Shown: positions 36,571 through 47,219, counted from the first letter of the stretch. The stretch: 64,000 nucleotides of DNA from Candidatus Atabeyarchaeum deiterrae (GCA_037310415.1 CP147780.1:1376001-1440000); one strand, 5' to 3'. Translations and numbers: made by a program. Notes: generated from the sequence alone by a model not told the origin.

Positions 36571-39225
36571 TTGCGCAGCGACCGGCACTGGAGAGATCAT
36601 GCCATCATGCCTCTGAGCGTTTGGTTTGCAAGACGATACTTCTCAAGAAGAAAGCTCCGAAACGCTCTCATCATCGTGGCGGTGACGCTCTCGGTCACCA
36701 TGCTTGTAAGCTCAAACATCGCTACTCAGAGCATCTCAAACCAGGTTGTGACAACGACAAACACCATCGGGGACGACATTGACTTGGCAATACAGAAGGT
36801 GACAGGCGAGCCTTTCAACCAGTCACTAGTCAATGTTGTTATGAGCGAACCCTTCATAATGACTCATGGCGGGATAGTGGCGCCGCGACTCACGGGGAAG
36901 TGTATCATGTCTGGCAATATGCCTCCAACAGTCGCAAGTGTTGTTGGCGTAGACCCTGTCGCAGAAGATCGCTTCGGTTCTTCGAACACGTCTTTTTACC
37001 AACTCAGCGTCAGCAATACCAGCATGATATCCACAGATGAACTTGCCAGAGCCTATGGTATCACGTTAGGGTCGAGTATCAAGCTTGGACTTACTCTTGC
37101 GAATGGAACGCAGAGATATTCCGTCTTCAATGTGACGTCTATAGCGCACGTCGAAAAAAAGGGTTACACATCAGCGCTGATAATTAACATCAGCGCAGCG
37201 CAATGGCTTTTCGCAACCCCAAATGAGATAAGCATAATCGTCGTAAAACTGTCCAGCGCCCAAAGCGCGGTCGGTGGTAGGGATGCTCTCCGCGAGTCTC
37301 TCAGCCCATATCCGGAAATGGATGTGGTTGCTCCCAAAGAGCAAATGATTTCCGACACGTTCAGACTCGTTTATGGGTTCAGCATAGGTCTCAATGCTGT
37401 AGCGGCAATCAGCTTAATGGCCTCGGTCATTTTGACTGCCAACTGTCTTCTGATGGCTGCTGATGAGAGAAGGAAAGAGATGGGAGTGCTTCGCGCAGTT
37501 GGCGCGTCGAGAAGCTCACTTTTCAAGATCTTTGTCTTAGAAGCGGCGATCCAAGGGTCAATAGGTGGTGGGCTCGGGGTTGTATTGGGCGTTTTTTCCT
37601 CAACAGCAATGGCTTTTATTGTCAGCACAATCGTGGGATATCAACCCGCTTACCTTGTCATCACAACCCAAGTCATGCTGTACGGTTTCATTACCGGTGT
37701 TGCTGTGGCGATAATTGGCTCTCTATATCCTGCATTCGTGGCCTCAGTAACTCCAGCTGCAAGAGCAATGAGACTCCGAATGAGCGCTGTAAGTGAGAGT
37801 AGAAGGTCGATGATTCTTGCGCTAGTTGGTCTATCATTTGTACTGGTAGGCGTCTATGGTGCTTTGAATGCCGCAAGCTGGGTTGTGGAGATAGGCTCGG
37901 TTTTACTCATGATCTTGGGTAGTGTGTCTATCGTCTCAGGTCTAGTACGACAAGTAGTTCGCACAATTGGACTAGCAGCGAAACCTTTACTTCGGGCAAA
38001 CCATACTGTAACGGTTCGCAACGCTGGAAGAAACAGAAGAAGAACATCCCTTACAATAGGAATGGTCTCCATAGGACTCACATTCGTTATCTTCATCGGA
38101 AGCATCCAAGGTAGTCTCACCTATGGACTCAATGACTTCCTCTATCGTCAACTCGGAGCAGACGTGATGATTAGTCCAAAGAACACTCCTATTAACATCA
38201 CGAACATTGAAGGACTGGGTTCAGTTGAAGGAGTCTCACATTTCTCCTATTGCGAGTTCTACGTGCGAATAATCGGACCATCTGGCAGCTCAGTGACGGG
38301 CAACAATGTGACCGCCATTGCCGGAATAGACACTGACACATTCCCGTTGGTATCATCAATTGACCTAAGACCGCCAGGACCAACCGACGTAGACCGTGTG
38401 ATGAACATGCTATCAGCGAATAACAATACGATCGTTCTGACAACCAAGATAGCCGCTGCCCTTGGAGTGACAGTCGGTGATAATGTGACCGTACCTCGAC
38501 CTGACGCCCTGGGGTTCGTTAACTTCACAGTGATAGCACTATCGTTTGGTTCTGGATTTGTTAAGTACGGAACCATAACACTTGACACGACTTCACTCGT
38601 GAGTTTCAAATCGCTGCGAAACTATTTCAACATCCCTGATGCTGTCGGTCCAATACCCGCTATGTCAAACACTGAGGGGCTAATTCTTGTCAAAATCGCT
38701 AGAGGGGAAAAACCGAACGATGTTGCGGAGCGAATAATGAGTTCCGGTCAGCTGGGATCGCCGAGCAACCTTAACATATTGACATCGGAATCCATTGTAG
38801 CAGCCTTCAGAACCTCGCTGGCCGAGATAGTGGCTCTGTTTCAAATGCTGCTAGCCGTGTCCCTAATCATAGCTCTCTTGGGTCTTTCAACAACAATGCT
38901 TATGTCAGTAATGGAAAGACGGCGCGAAATGGGAATTCTCAGAGCAATCGGAATGAGCAAAAGCGAGACTCTACGTGCAGTACTTGGAGAATCGCTAATC
39001 CTTGGTCTTGCAGGGCTCCTGATGGGATTCATTAATGCTCTCCTATTGACTTGGATCTTTCTCACAGCCGTCCAGTATTATGGATTCTACCTGCCTTTCA
39101 TCTTCCCCGCATGGGAAGTATTAAGCGCGGCAATTTTGACAATAATGATAAGCATGATAAGTGGAGCGTACCCTGCGCGACTCACATCAAAACTTAAAAT
39201 AGTTGATGCGATAAAATACGAATAG
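36571..39225 (+). CDS. MacB/FtsX-type ABC permease, duplicated
   Basis: Two ERRxEMGxLRAxG motifs with large extracytoplasmic loops. Confidence 0.88.
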   Translation: MRSDRHWRDHAIMPLSVWFARRYFSRRKLRNALIIVAVTLSVTMLVSSNIATQSISNQVVTTTNTIGDDIDLAIQKVTGEPFNQSLVNVVMSEPFIMTHGGIVAPRLTGKCIMSGNMPPTVASVVGVDPVAEDRFGSSNTSFYQLSVSNTSMISTDELARAYGITLGSSIKLGLTLANGTQRYSVFNVTSIAHVEKKGYTSALIINISAAQWLFATPNEISIIVVKLSSAQSAVGGRDALRESLSPYPEMDVVAPKEQMISDTFRLVYGFSIGLNAVAAISLMASVILTANCLLMAADERRKEMGVLRAVGASRSSLFKIFVLEAAIQGSIGGGLGVVLGVFSSTAMAFIVSTIVGYQPAYLVITTQVMLYGFITGVAVAIIGSLYPAFVASVTPAARAMRLRMSAVSESRRSMILALVGLSFVLVGVYGALNAASWVVEIGSVLLMILGSVSIVSGLVRQVVRTIGLAAKPLLRANHTVTVRNAGRNRRRTSLTIGMVSIGLTFVIFIGSIQGSLTYGLNDFLYRQLGADVMISPKNTPINITNIEGLGSVEGVSHFSYCEFYVRIIGPSGSSVTGNNVTAIAGIDTDTFPLVSSIDLRPPGPTDVDRVMNMLSANNNTIVLTTKIAAALGVTVGDNVTVPRPDALGFVNFTVIALSFGSGFVKYGTITLDTTSLVSFKSLRNYFNIPDAVGPIPAMSNTEGLILVKIARGEKPNDVAERIMSSGQLGSPSNLNILTSESIVAAFRTSLAEIVALFQMLLAVSLIIALLGLSTTMLMSVMERRREMGILRAIGMSKSETLRAVLGESLILGLAGLLMGFINALLLTWIFLTAVQYYGFYLPFIFPAWEVLSAAILTIMISMISGAYPARLTSKLKIVDAIKYE

Positions 39226-39240
39226 GAAAACAAACTTCCA

Positions 39241-40329
39241 GTGGCTGAGATGCGTCGTTTCCCTTTAGAGGTGAAGCATATGTCACTTAATGCTCTCATA
39301 ACAGCGCCCTTTAGCAAAGAAGGTATTACTGCGCTGAAAAGACACATGAAAGTGACCTATGAAAACTGGCGGGTCACCAACAAGATCTATACCGATTCGA
39401 GAGAGTTAGCAGATCGAATTCAACGTGGTGCGTTCAATGTGCTGATTGTTGAAGGTGACCAAGTCGACGAGGAACTAATCAACAAGTGCAACTTGAAGAT
39501 AATTGCAAGCTGCCGAGGAAACCCCATCAATATAGATGTTGACGCGGCTACGAAGAAGAACATCCCTGTGATATACACTCCAGGAAGAAATGCTGACGCC
39601 GTCGCCGACATGGCAATCGCATTGATGTTGGCCCAAGCAAGACATATCACAGAAGCCGACAGAGCTCTAAAATCGGGTAAGATCAAAGTGGAGAGCGAGG
39701 AAGAGCTTACGAGTTTACTGGATCGATTCTCAGGAGCGGAGTTAGGGCTTAGAATCGTTGGAATCATCGGATTTGGTGCAATAGGCTACAGGGTTGCCAA
39801 AAGGCTGACTGGTTTTGGTTCTAAAATACTCATCTACGATCCATACGTGAAGAGCACCGATCCACGAGTCAAAGAAGTAAGAGGCAAGCTTGTCAGAAAA
39901 CTTGAACAATTGATGAGGGAATCAGACTTTGTCACTCTCCACGTCGCAGCCGTTCCTGAGGCAGATAAACTCATATCCAAAGAGCTAATCGGCTTAATGA
40001 AGCCAACAGCATACTTCATCAATACCGCTCGAGCTTTCATAACGGATGAAGATGCACTCTACGATGCCCTGAAAGAGAAACGAATAGCCGGCGCCGGGCT
40101 CGATGTATTCATATCAGAACCTGTAGAGTCAAACAATAGATTCCTACCATTGGACAACGTCACGGTCACACCTCACACGGGTGGTGACACGGTCGACGTA
40201 GTTATGCACCATTCAGATATGATAGTAGCCGACATCGAACGCCTAATCAAGGGCAAGAAACCAGACTACTTGAAGAACCCCCAGGTGCTTGCCAGACAGA
40301 AGGTCAAGAGGGGGAGCAAAAAGAATTGA
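39241..40329 (+). CDS. D-2-hydroxyacid dehydrogenase
   Basis: RGNPINID, PGRNADAVA, GFGAIG, INTARA, LDVF..EP, TPH. Confidence 0.88.
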   Translation: MAEMRRFPLEVKHMSLNALITAPFSKEGITALKRHMKVTYENWRVTNKIYTDSRELADRIQRGAFNVLIVEGDQVDEELINKCNLKIIASCRGNPINIDVDAATKKNIPVIYTPGRNADAVADMAIALMLAQARHITEADRALKSGKIKVESEEELTSLLDRFSGAELGLRIVGIIGFGAIGYRVAKRLTGFGSKILIYDPYVKSTDPRVKEVRGKLVRKLEQLMRESDFVTLHVAAVPEADKLISKELIGLMKPTAYFINTARAFITDEDALYDALKEKRIAGAGLDVFISEPVESNNRFLPLDNVTVTPHTGGDTVDVVMHHSDMIVADIERLIKGKKPDYLKNPQVLARQKVKRGSKKN

Positions 40330-40359
40330 GGCAGAAGGAAACAAAGGTGGACTGTCAAT

Positions 40360-41904
40360 TTGCCAAATGAGTATCTTATGGGCATAGATTTCGGGACCAG
40401 TGGCGGAAAATGCCTCATCACAAACCTCAAAGGTATTCAAGTTTCGAGAACCTTCAAAGAGTGGTGGTACCACACTCCTGAAGAAATCAAGCCCTACGGA
40501 AAAGAATTCAATGCAGATCAGTTCTGGCAATACATCTGTGAAACAACCAATGAGGCAATCCACAAGGCTAAGATAAGTGGCTCCAAGGTTGTAGGAGTGA
40601 GTACCTCAAGCCTTCGCCAGGGGATAGTTCTACTCGATGGGGATGGTAAGGAACTCTATGCTGGACCGAACATCGATGCAAGGGGAGCTTTGGCTCAGGA
40701 CAAGATAACGAGCACACTAGGGGAACCAGGTCTGTTTGAAATCACAGGGCAGTGCCCTGCAGTGATTTGTGCTCCCTCAAGACTTCTTTGGTTCAAAGAG
40801 AATAAGCCGGAAATCTACGAGAAGATTAGACACATGTTGATGATAAGCGACTGGGTTGTCTACAGGCTGAGTGGGGTCTACGCGTCTGATCTCTCCTGTG
40901 CCTCATCCTCAATGTTGCTCGATCTTGAGAAGGCTGACTGGTCGACTAAAATATCTGAAGAACTCGAGTTGCCCCACGAGATACTTCCAAGACTATACCT
41001 GTCTGGACAGAAAGTTGGCGAGGTAACTAAGCAAGCATCAAAAGAGACGGGTATAGCTGAAGGAACGCCTGTCGTGATGGGTGGTGCTGATTCGCAGTTG
41101 GGATTGCTTGGCACAGAGTCAGTTGAACAGTATGACACAACGGTCATAGGTGGAACAACCTCAATGCTCCAGACGGTGCTCTCGAAGCCAGTGATTGACA
41201 CCGAGAGACGAATACTCACAAGTTGCCATGTCATCAAAGGCAAGTGGGTTTTGGAAGCGAATGCAGGTATGACGGGAAAAGTCTACAGGTGGCTCAGAGA
41301 TTCGCTCAACAAGGTGCGCGGTACTGAGGAGCAAAGCCCGAAAGGTCATGAGCTGGACTATCGAGAAATGGATCGATTGGCCTCACAGGTGCCTGCTGGT
41401 TCAGATGACACGTTTGCTTTTCTTGGCTCAGAAGTAATGGATCTGAAGAAGTATGATGTAATCAGACCAGGGGTATTCTTGTTTCCACCTCCGGCGAATC
41501 CTATAACTGCAGCGCCAATCGACGCTCGGCATATGATAAGATCTGTCTTGGAAATGATGGCTTACGCCATACATGGTAACCAGATGACAATTGAAGATGT
41601 CTTGAAGAGGGAATTGGAGCTGATCAGAGCAACGGGAGGTCTTTCCATGGGCAGAATATGGGTGCAGACCATCTCTGACGTTTCAGGAAAACCCGTCGAG
41701 ACGTTCAAAGTCAAGGAAGGGAGCCTCATGGGATGTGCCATATGCGCGGCCACTGGAATAAACGAGTTCAAGAGCCTTGAGGAAGCGGCCAAGAGCATGG
41801 TTCAGCTTGAGGAGAGGTTGTTGCCCGATAGTGAGGCGCATGAGGCGTATGAGGGCTACTACTCTCGATGGAGAGAATACTACGATAAGATCGCAAACCT
41901 GTAG
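40360..41904 (+). CDS. FGGY carbohydrate kinase, LsrK-like
   Basis: IDFGTSG, SSLRQGIVLLD..YAGPNIDAR, GGADSQ, GGLS. Confidence 0.85.
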   Translation: MPNEYLMGIDFGTSGGKCLITNLKGIQVSRTFKEWWYHTPEEIKPYGKEFNADQFWQYICETTNEAIHKAKISGSKVVGVSTSSLRQGIVLLDGDGKELYAGPNIDARGALAQDKITSTLGEPGLFEITGQCPAVICAPSRLLWFKENKPEIYEKIRHMLMISDWVVYRLSGVYASDLSCASSSMLLDLEKADWSTKISEELELPHEILPRLYLSGQKVGEVTKQASKETGIAEGTPVVMGGADSQLGLLGTESVEQYDTTVIGGTTSMLQTVLSKPVIDTERRILTSCHVIKGKWVLEANAGMTGKVYRWLRDSLNKVRGTEEQSPKGHELDYREMDRLASQVPAGSDDTFAFLGSEVMDLKKYDVIRPGVFLFPPPANPITAAPIDARHMIRSVLEMMAYAIHGNQMTIEDVLKRELELIRATGGLSMGRIWVQTISDVSGKPVETFKVKEGSLMGCAICAATGINEFKSLEEAAKSMVQLEERLLPDSEAHEAYEGYYSRWREYYDKIANL

Positions 41905-41919
41905 AAATAAGCCATGTCA

Positions 41920-42112
41920 GGCGAAGTTGTCTGTCTATGCCGAGTGAACCGGAATTGCTTTCTAGGGGGCATAAATCCGCGCATATTCCGCAACCGTTGC
42001 ACTGTTCCAAGAACCGAGGCTTTGTATTCCACGATCGCGGAGGATCGTTGGATTCTCCGGGCGCTTTTCTCGGTAATTCGCGGAGTGAGTACCACTTGAT
42101 TTTTTTCCCATG
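41920..42112 (-). pseudogene. Degraded 4Fe-4S ferredoxin fragment
   Basis: An isolated CNGCGICADLCP motif with no intact upstream frame. Confidence 0.45.
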
Positions 42113-42318
42113 CTCGACTCGACTTGCACAAATCTGAATTCTCCGACTGAGAGTGCTCTGAGGGTAAGTGAAGTGTATCTTGCTATCGTTCTATCAAATC
42201 CTTCTTCATTTTGGCTGAAAGGGATCAGGAGCGATAGGAGTCGAAGTAATGTGCAGCAAAGCTTTTCTATCAATACATGACATAAATGGAAACCAAAATC
42301 AGAGTTTTGGGGATGTGA

Positions 42319-43560
42319 TTATCTACGAGTAAGGCAACTCAAGTCTATGGCTACCGTTGGGCAATTCTGTTCTCTTTCATTGTAATAAATGCGCTCGGAG
42401 GAATAGTCTACATAGTGTTCTCACCCCTCCTGAATCAGGTGATCAGTTTCTTCGCATCGCGCGGTGAGACGGTCTCTACATTTGAAGCAGGTCTATTGAC
42501 TTTGGTGAACCCACTCATGTACGTGTTTCTGGCGCTTCCTTTTGGGATACTGGCTGACAGAAAAGGTTGGAAGCTGACAGTCGGGATTGGGGCAATCTTG
42601 ATGGCCGTTTTCTGTGTTCTCAGGATCTTTGCGCTCAACATGAGTTTTCTGTGGCTTCTGATCTTCCAGATTGGCTTCTCATTTGGTGGCCCACCAATTC
42701 TTGCTTCAGTTCAGAAGATGGTTGTTAAGTGGTTTCCAATAAAAGAGAGGACAATCGCTAGCGGACTGGGTATACTTGCCACATTTCTTGGCCTCATGAT
42801 CGGCCAGTTCATGTCACCGATCCTCTATGCGGACCTTGGTCTCGGTTTGTCCGGTACATTGGTTGTCGATGGATTTGTCATTGTGCTCGCTGCTATCATA
42901 TTCTTCGCTCTGGCGAGAGAGAGTCCTCCAAAGCCCCCAGCGCCCGAAGAAGCAGTAACAGCACGTCTGGGAAGAATGCTTAGAACAAGGGACTTGTATT
43001 TCCTTTCAGTTGGGTTCTTCGTGGGTTTCGGCGTCTATTTCTCGCTGACGGCGTGGGCGGTTCCCATCCTCGGGTCGATCGGGATAATAGGTGCTTTCAA
43101 TGCTGGACTCGTGACAGGATGCATGACGCTAGGGGGGATACTTGGGTGCGTCGCCATACCTAGAATATCAGACAAGATAGGGCGAAGGAAGCCATTCTTA
43201 ATATTGGCGGGGCTGTTCGCAGCGATCTTCTCATTCATCATTGGAACCGTTGGCGATCTCTCCATATCGATCATATCGGCACTGCTCTTGGGATTCTTCG
43301 TAATTGCGGTGATGCCGATAGCACTCACAATGCTTGGAGAAATGGAGACGGTCGGCGCAACCCTAGTTGGCGCAGCTTCGGGGCTAGCAATGACGATTGG
43401 GTATATTGGCGCTGTAGGCATTTCACTTGTTGCCCAAATGCTAAGCACTCCAGTAAGCTGGTATACAAGTATTCTCTTGCTTGCGATCCTTGGGGTAGTC
43501 GGGACACTGGTAATGGCACTTGTCAGAGAGACTGGCGAGGCGGTTAAGAAAGGAAAGTAG
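42319..43560 (+). CDS. MFS transporter
   Basis: GILADRKG and ISDKIGRR motif A. Putative TM1 (YGYRWAILFSF) lies upstream of the ORF-track GTG at 42415; start uncertain. Confidence 0.88.
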   Translation, partial: LSTSKATQVYGYRWAILFSFIVINALGGIVYIVFSPLLNQVISFFASRGETVSTFEAGLLTLVNPLMYVFLALPFGILADRKGWKLTVGIGAILMAVFCVLRIFALNMSFLWLLIFQIGFSFGGPPILASVQKMVVKWFPIKERTIASGLGILATFLGLMIGQFMSPILYADLGLGLSGTLVVDGFVIVLAAIIFFALARESPPKPPAPEEAVTARLGRMLRTRDLYFLSVGFFVGFGVYFSLTAWAVPILGSIGIIGAFNAGLVTGCMTLGGILGCVAIPRISDKIGRRKPFLILAGLFAAIFSFIIGTVGDLSISIISALLLGFFVIAVMPIALTMLGEMETVGATLVGAASGLAMTIGYIGAVGISLVAQMLSTPVSWYTSILLLAILGVVGTLVMALVRETGEAVKKGK

Positions 43561-43646
43561 GAACAACGGCAGCACCTGAAAACGTGATCATGGATAGACT
43601 AAGGAAGAGTTGAACGGAATCCTTCCTTTTTCTCTCTTTTTTGAAA

Positions 43647-44105
43647 TCAGGATTCTTTGAAGAGCTTGCGCAGAAGCTTATGCAGATAATTCTCTATTTT
43701 CCTTACCGTGGCGCGATATTCTTCGTCTTTGTATCCATAAGGGTCTTTTATCTCGTCCGCCTCGTCACCGTCAACGAATTCAGGCAGCGTGTACGTCTTG
43801 TCAGGTGACGCCCATCCATAGTAGATTGCCCGCTGCTTCTGATCCTTGCTCATCGTCAAGATCAGGTCAGCTGTCTTGCCTTCTTCCTTGTTCAACTCTT
43901 TTGGAACATGTCTTGAAACGTCAATTCCGTATTCTTCTGTCATCACTTTGACAGTATAATAGGCTGCAGCAAAGTGTCTAACATCTAATCCTCTGGAGAA
44001 TACTTGGACATTTTTGATTCCTCGCTCTTCCAACATATTTCTGAAGATGTGTTCAGCGATGACGCTTCGACAACTATTTCCTTCGCAGACGAAAAAGATA
44101 TTCAA
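43647..44105 (-). CDS. Low-molecular-weight protein Tyr/Arg phosphatase
   Basis: VCEGNSCRS P-loop, DPY. Confidence 0.9.
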   Translation of the reverse strand: MNIFFVCEGNSCRSVIAEHIFRNMLEERGIKNVQVFSRGLDVRHFAAAYYTVKVMTEEYGIDVSRHVPKELNKEEGKTADLILTMSKDQKQRAIYYGWASPDKTYTLPEFVDGDEADEIKDPYGYKDEEYRATVRKIENYLHKLLRKLFKES

Positions 44106-44244
44106 GGATTTCGATGCCTCTTCAGAATGGTGAGAATTGACTGGATCCCGTTAACTCTAGTTCTCTCGAGCTGGACGAAACACGGAGTTCATGGAATGCT
44201 TCTCCGCATGCGCGCACGTGTCATCAAAGTATTCCTTTAGTCTT

Positions 44245-44931
44245 CTAGTCGACATTCCTCACAAACTTGTATGCACTCAACTGCAGGTCAACGGCATCTT
44301 CAGGCAACAATGCCGGTTTTCCTATGCTCAAAGCGGACACATATATCTTGGCTATATGCTCAATCATCTCAGCTGCCTCAAGTGCCCTATCTAAGTTTTT
44401 ACCCGTAACCAAGGGTCCATGGTTTGCGAGAATGACGGCGCTTTTCTCGCCAAGTGCTTTAACCGCGTTTTCTGCAAGTTCATCCGAGCCAGGCATCGCG
44501 TACTCTGCCACTTCTATTGAACCACCGAGGAAAGGCACCATTTCATCGATGATAGGAGGTATACCTATTCTATTTACACCCAAGGCGCTGGCATAGATGG
44601 AGTGCGTATGCATAACTGCACCTACGTCTGGTCTAGCCTTGTAAACGGCCAGATGCATCCTGTTCTCACTCGAGGGATTTCTGATACCGCTGGCAACACT
44701 GCCGTCGAAGTTCACTATGAGCACATCTCCAACCTGCGTTCTGTGATGGCCATAGTGACTTGGTGTGATAACCATCTGATCGCGACCTGGTATCCTTGCA
44801 CTAATGTTGCCTGCTTTTCTGCCGGTCAAACCACTATTGAGGATTGCCCTGCAAGTCTCAACTATCTTCTTCTTCAACTCCAAAACTACTTTGTCATCTG
44901 TCTTCTTGCTCTTGTTGCTTTTCTTGCTCAT
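44245..44931 (-). CDS. Class II aldolase (L-fuculose-phosphate aldolase-like)
   Basis: GNISAR, PSSE..MH, HTHS, NHG. Confidence 0.9.
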   Translation of the reverse strand: MSKKSNKSKKTDDKVVLELKKKIVETCRAILNSGLTGRKAGNISARIPGRDQMVITPSHYGHHRTQVGDVLIVNFDGSVASGIRNPSSENRMHLAVYKARPDVGAVMHTHSIYASALGVNRIGIPPIIDEMVPFLGGSIEVAEYAMPGSDELAENAVKALGEKSAVILANHGPLVTGKNLDRALEAAEMIEHIAKIYVSALSIGKPALLPEDAVDLQLSAYKFVRNVD

Positions 44932-45336
44932 ACTTGGGTTTTCAACTCCTTTCTCTCTTCTGTTTTGTTGATGGTTAGTAGCTTTTCCATCATCAGAGTT
45001 ACTTTACACCGATAAAAGATTTAATGTGCTTGCGGAAGTCTTTCCAATGACCTTACCATAGTTGTTTCGGCTACTGATTGTCAATTTGTTAGGTTTAAGA
45101 AGTTTTCTGGTTTTTTGTCTGAGAATGCCGCATTGGCAAGCAAATATAATGGAATGCACGTGCTTTACTCGCCGTAGTCTGAGACATAAAGTGTGGAAAA
45201 AGCATGTGAGATGGCTATATTCGTTGCACGATAATGTTGTAACAAAGGAATATATTCGGTTCAATAAGCTTTTAAAGACCGATTGAGTCGAACTAAGGTC
45301 TGAATTAATACTAATTCAAGGGAGTGAGAACTCAAA

Positions 45337-46356
45337 ATGTCCTTTGTAATGGAAAAGAACGCTTTGAACTCTCTAATCAGTTCGTTTCGCAAAAAAGGGT
45401 ACGAGGTGTATGGTCCCGTTCACAAGGGGCCAGAGTTCGTCTTCGGCAGTGTCAATCAAGACAGTGATTTGGCTCTCGACTACGTTACTACGATACTGTC
45501 TCCGAGGAAGTTTCTCTATCCTCCTTCCGAGAAACTCTTCTCATTTAGCTCCAAATCTTTTGTCACAGATGAATCTTCGAATGGTGTGGGTAAGCAGGCG
45601 ATTCTCGCCGTCCACCCATGCGACTTGAGTGCGATTTCTTTCCTGGACAAGGTTCGTGTGAGTGGCACATTTGAGGATCCAAAGTACAAGCAGCGAAGAG
45701 ACAACACTCTGGTAGTCGGTATGAACTGTTCCAAAGCTGGCGGCGAGTGCTTCTGCACGTCCTTTGGAACTGGTCCCGACGCTAAGCAGGGATTTGATCT
45801 ACTCTTAACGGATCTAGGTGACCGCTATCTCGTCGAAACAGGAAGCGAAGCCGGCAAGGCGATTGCCGCGGATCTCAAGCTGAAGAAAGCATCGCCTGCA
45901 GATTCGCAGGAGAAGGACAAGAGAACAAAGACTGTGAGGCAATCGATCAAGCGTGCCATTAATACTGATGGATTGCCCAAAGTGCTAGACAAGAACTTCA
46001 ACAATGACTTGTGGGCGAAACTGAAGGATGACTGTCTCTCATGTGGCTCATGCACAACAGTCTGCCCAACATGTTTCTGCTTCAATGTTATAGACAATGT
46101 CGGTTTCTCACTTACTGATGGTGAGCGCATTCGAAACTGGGACTCTTGCCAGCTCTTTGAATTTGGTCAGGTTGCCCTTGGGGGGAACTTCAGAAAGGAA
46201 CGTGATGCAAGAGTTAAACAGTGGATATATCATAAGCTGAACTACTCGCAGCTACAGTATGGAAGCTTTGGTTGTGTTGGTTGTGGAAGATGCATCAAGA
46301 GCTGTACAAAAGGAATAGACGTGACAGATGTGGTCAAAAAGATCCAGACAGCCTAA
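45337..46356 (+). CDS. hydB: Group 3b [NiFe] hydrogenase beta subunit
   Basis: HPCD, CFC, CLSCGSCTTVCPTCFC, CVGCGRC. Confidence 0.9.
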   Translation: MSFVMEKNALNSLISSFRKKGYEVYGPVHKGPEFVFGSVNQDSDLALDYVTTILSPRKFLYPPSEKLFSFSSKSFVTDESSNGVGKQAILAVHPCDLSAISFLDKVRVSGTFEDPKYKQRRDNTLVVGMNCSKAGGECFCTSFGTGPDAKQGFDLLLTDLGDRYLVETGSEAGKAIAADLKLKKASPADSQEKDKRTKTVRQSIKRAINTDGLPKVLDKNFNNDLWAKLKDDCLSCGSCTTVCPTCFCFNVIDNVGFSLTDGERIRNWDSCQLFEFGQVALGGNFRKERDARVKQWIYHKLNYSQLQYGSFGCVGCGRCIKSCTKGIDVTDVVKKIQTA

Positions 46357-46368
46357 GAGGTGAGAAAA

Positions 46369-47196
46369 ATGAAAGCAGATTTCAAACCCGAAAAAGTCAC
46401 AGTAAAAGACATCAAAGACCAGACTCGCGATGTCAGAACATTCACGATGAGTTTCACTAATGGTAAGACACCGAGTTCATACTCGTTCCTGCCAGGTCAG
46501 TTCAACATGCTTTCCCTTCTCGGCTTCGGCGAGGCAGCCATCTCGATAAGCTCCGATCCCAAGAACAGAGAGACAATTGACCATACTGTTAGAAATGTTG
46601 GCAATCTGACTAGTGGTCTGTTTCGCCTGAAGAAAGGTGACTATATTGGCCTGCGTGGTCCATTTGGAAAACCTTGGCCGATAGAAGAAGCCAAGGGAAA
46701 GAATGTGCTGATCGTCGCTGGGGGAGTCGGCCTGGCACCTCTACGTTCCGTGGTCATGCACGTCGCAAACAACAGAGCCAATTATGGAAACTTTGAGATA
46801 CTCTATGGCGCAAGAAACCCCGGTGAAATGTTGTTCACTGATGAGTTTGACCAGTGGCGAAAGATCAAGAACACGAACTTCCAATTGACTGTCGACGCAG
46901 TTCCACCCAGCGAGAAATGGAACCACACCGTGGGAGTAGTCACGGTACTCTTCGACAAGATGCAAAGCCAACCCAAAGACACAATCGTCATGACCTGTGG
47001 TCCTGAAATAATGATGCACTTCGCCGTACAGGGACTCATCAAGAAAGGGTTCCCAGAAGACCAGATCTATGTGTCTCTGGAGCGCAGGATGAAATGCGGA
47101 ATGGCCCAGTGCGGAGCATGCCAGATTGGACCAAACTTTGTCTGCAAAGACGGACCAGTATTCAAATCACCCATAATGAAAGCATTGTATGCCTGA
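46369..47196 (+). CDS. hydG: Group 3b hydrogenase gamma (FAD/NAD(P)) subunit
   Basis: PGQF, RGPFG, AGGVGLAP, CGP, ERRMKCG..CGAC..CKDGP. Confidence 0.9.
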   Translation: MKADFKPEKVTVKDIKDQTRDVRTFTMSFTNGKTPSSYSFLPGQFNMLSLLGFGEAAISISSDPKNRETIDHTVRNVGNLTSGLFRLKKGDYIGLRGPFGKPWPIEEAKGKNVLIVAGGVGLAPLRSVVMHVANNRANYGNFEILYGARNPGEMLFTDEFDQWRKIKNTNFQLTVDAVPPSEKWNHTVGVVTVLFDKMQSQPKDTIVMTCGPEIMMHFAVQGLIKKGFPEDQIYVSLERRMKCGMAQCGACQIGPNFVCKDGPVFKSPIMKALYA

Positions 47197-47219
47197 TAAA
47201 TCAGGAGGTTAAGTTAACA

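Noticed and set aside
45220-45250. SurR-type operator upstream of the hydrogenase operon
   Set aside because: TGTTGTAACA has GTT-n2-AAC rather than the GTT-n3-AAC spacing, and is a single short site.
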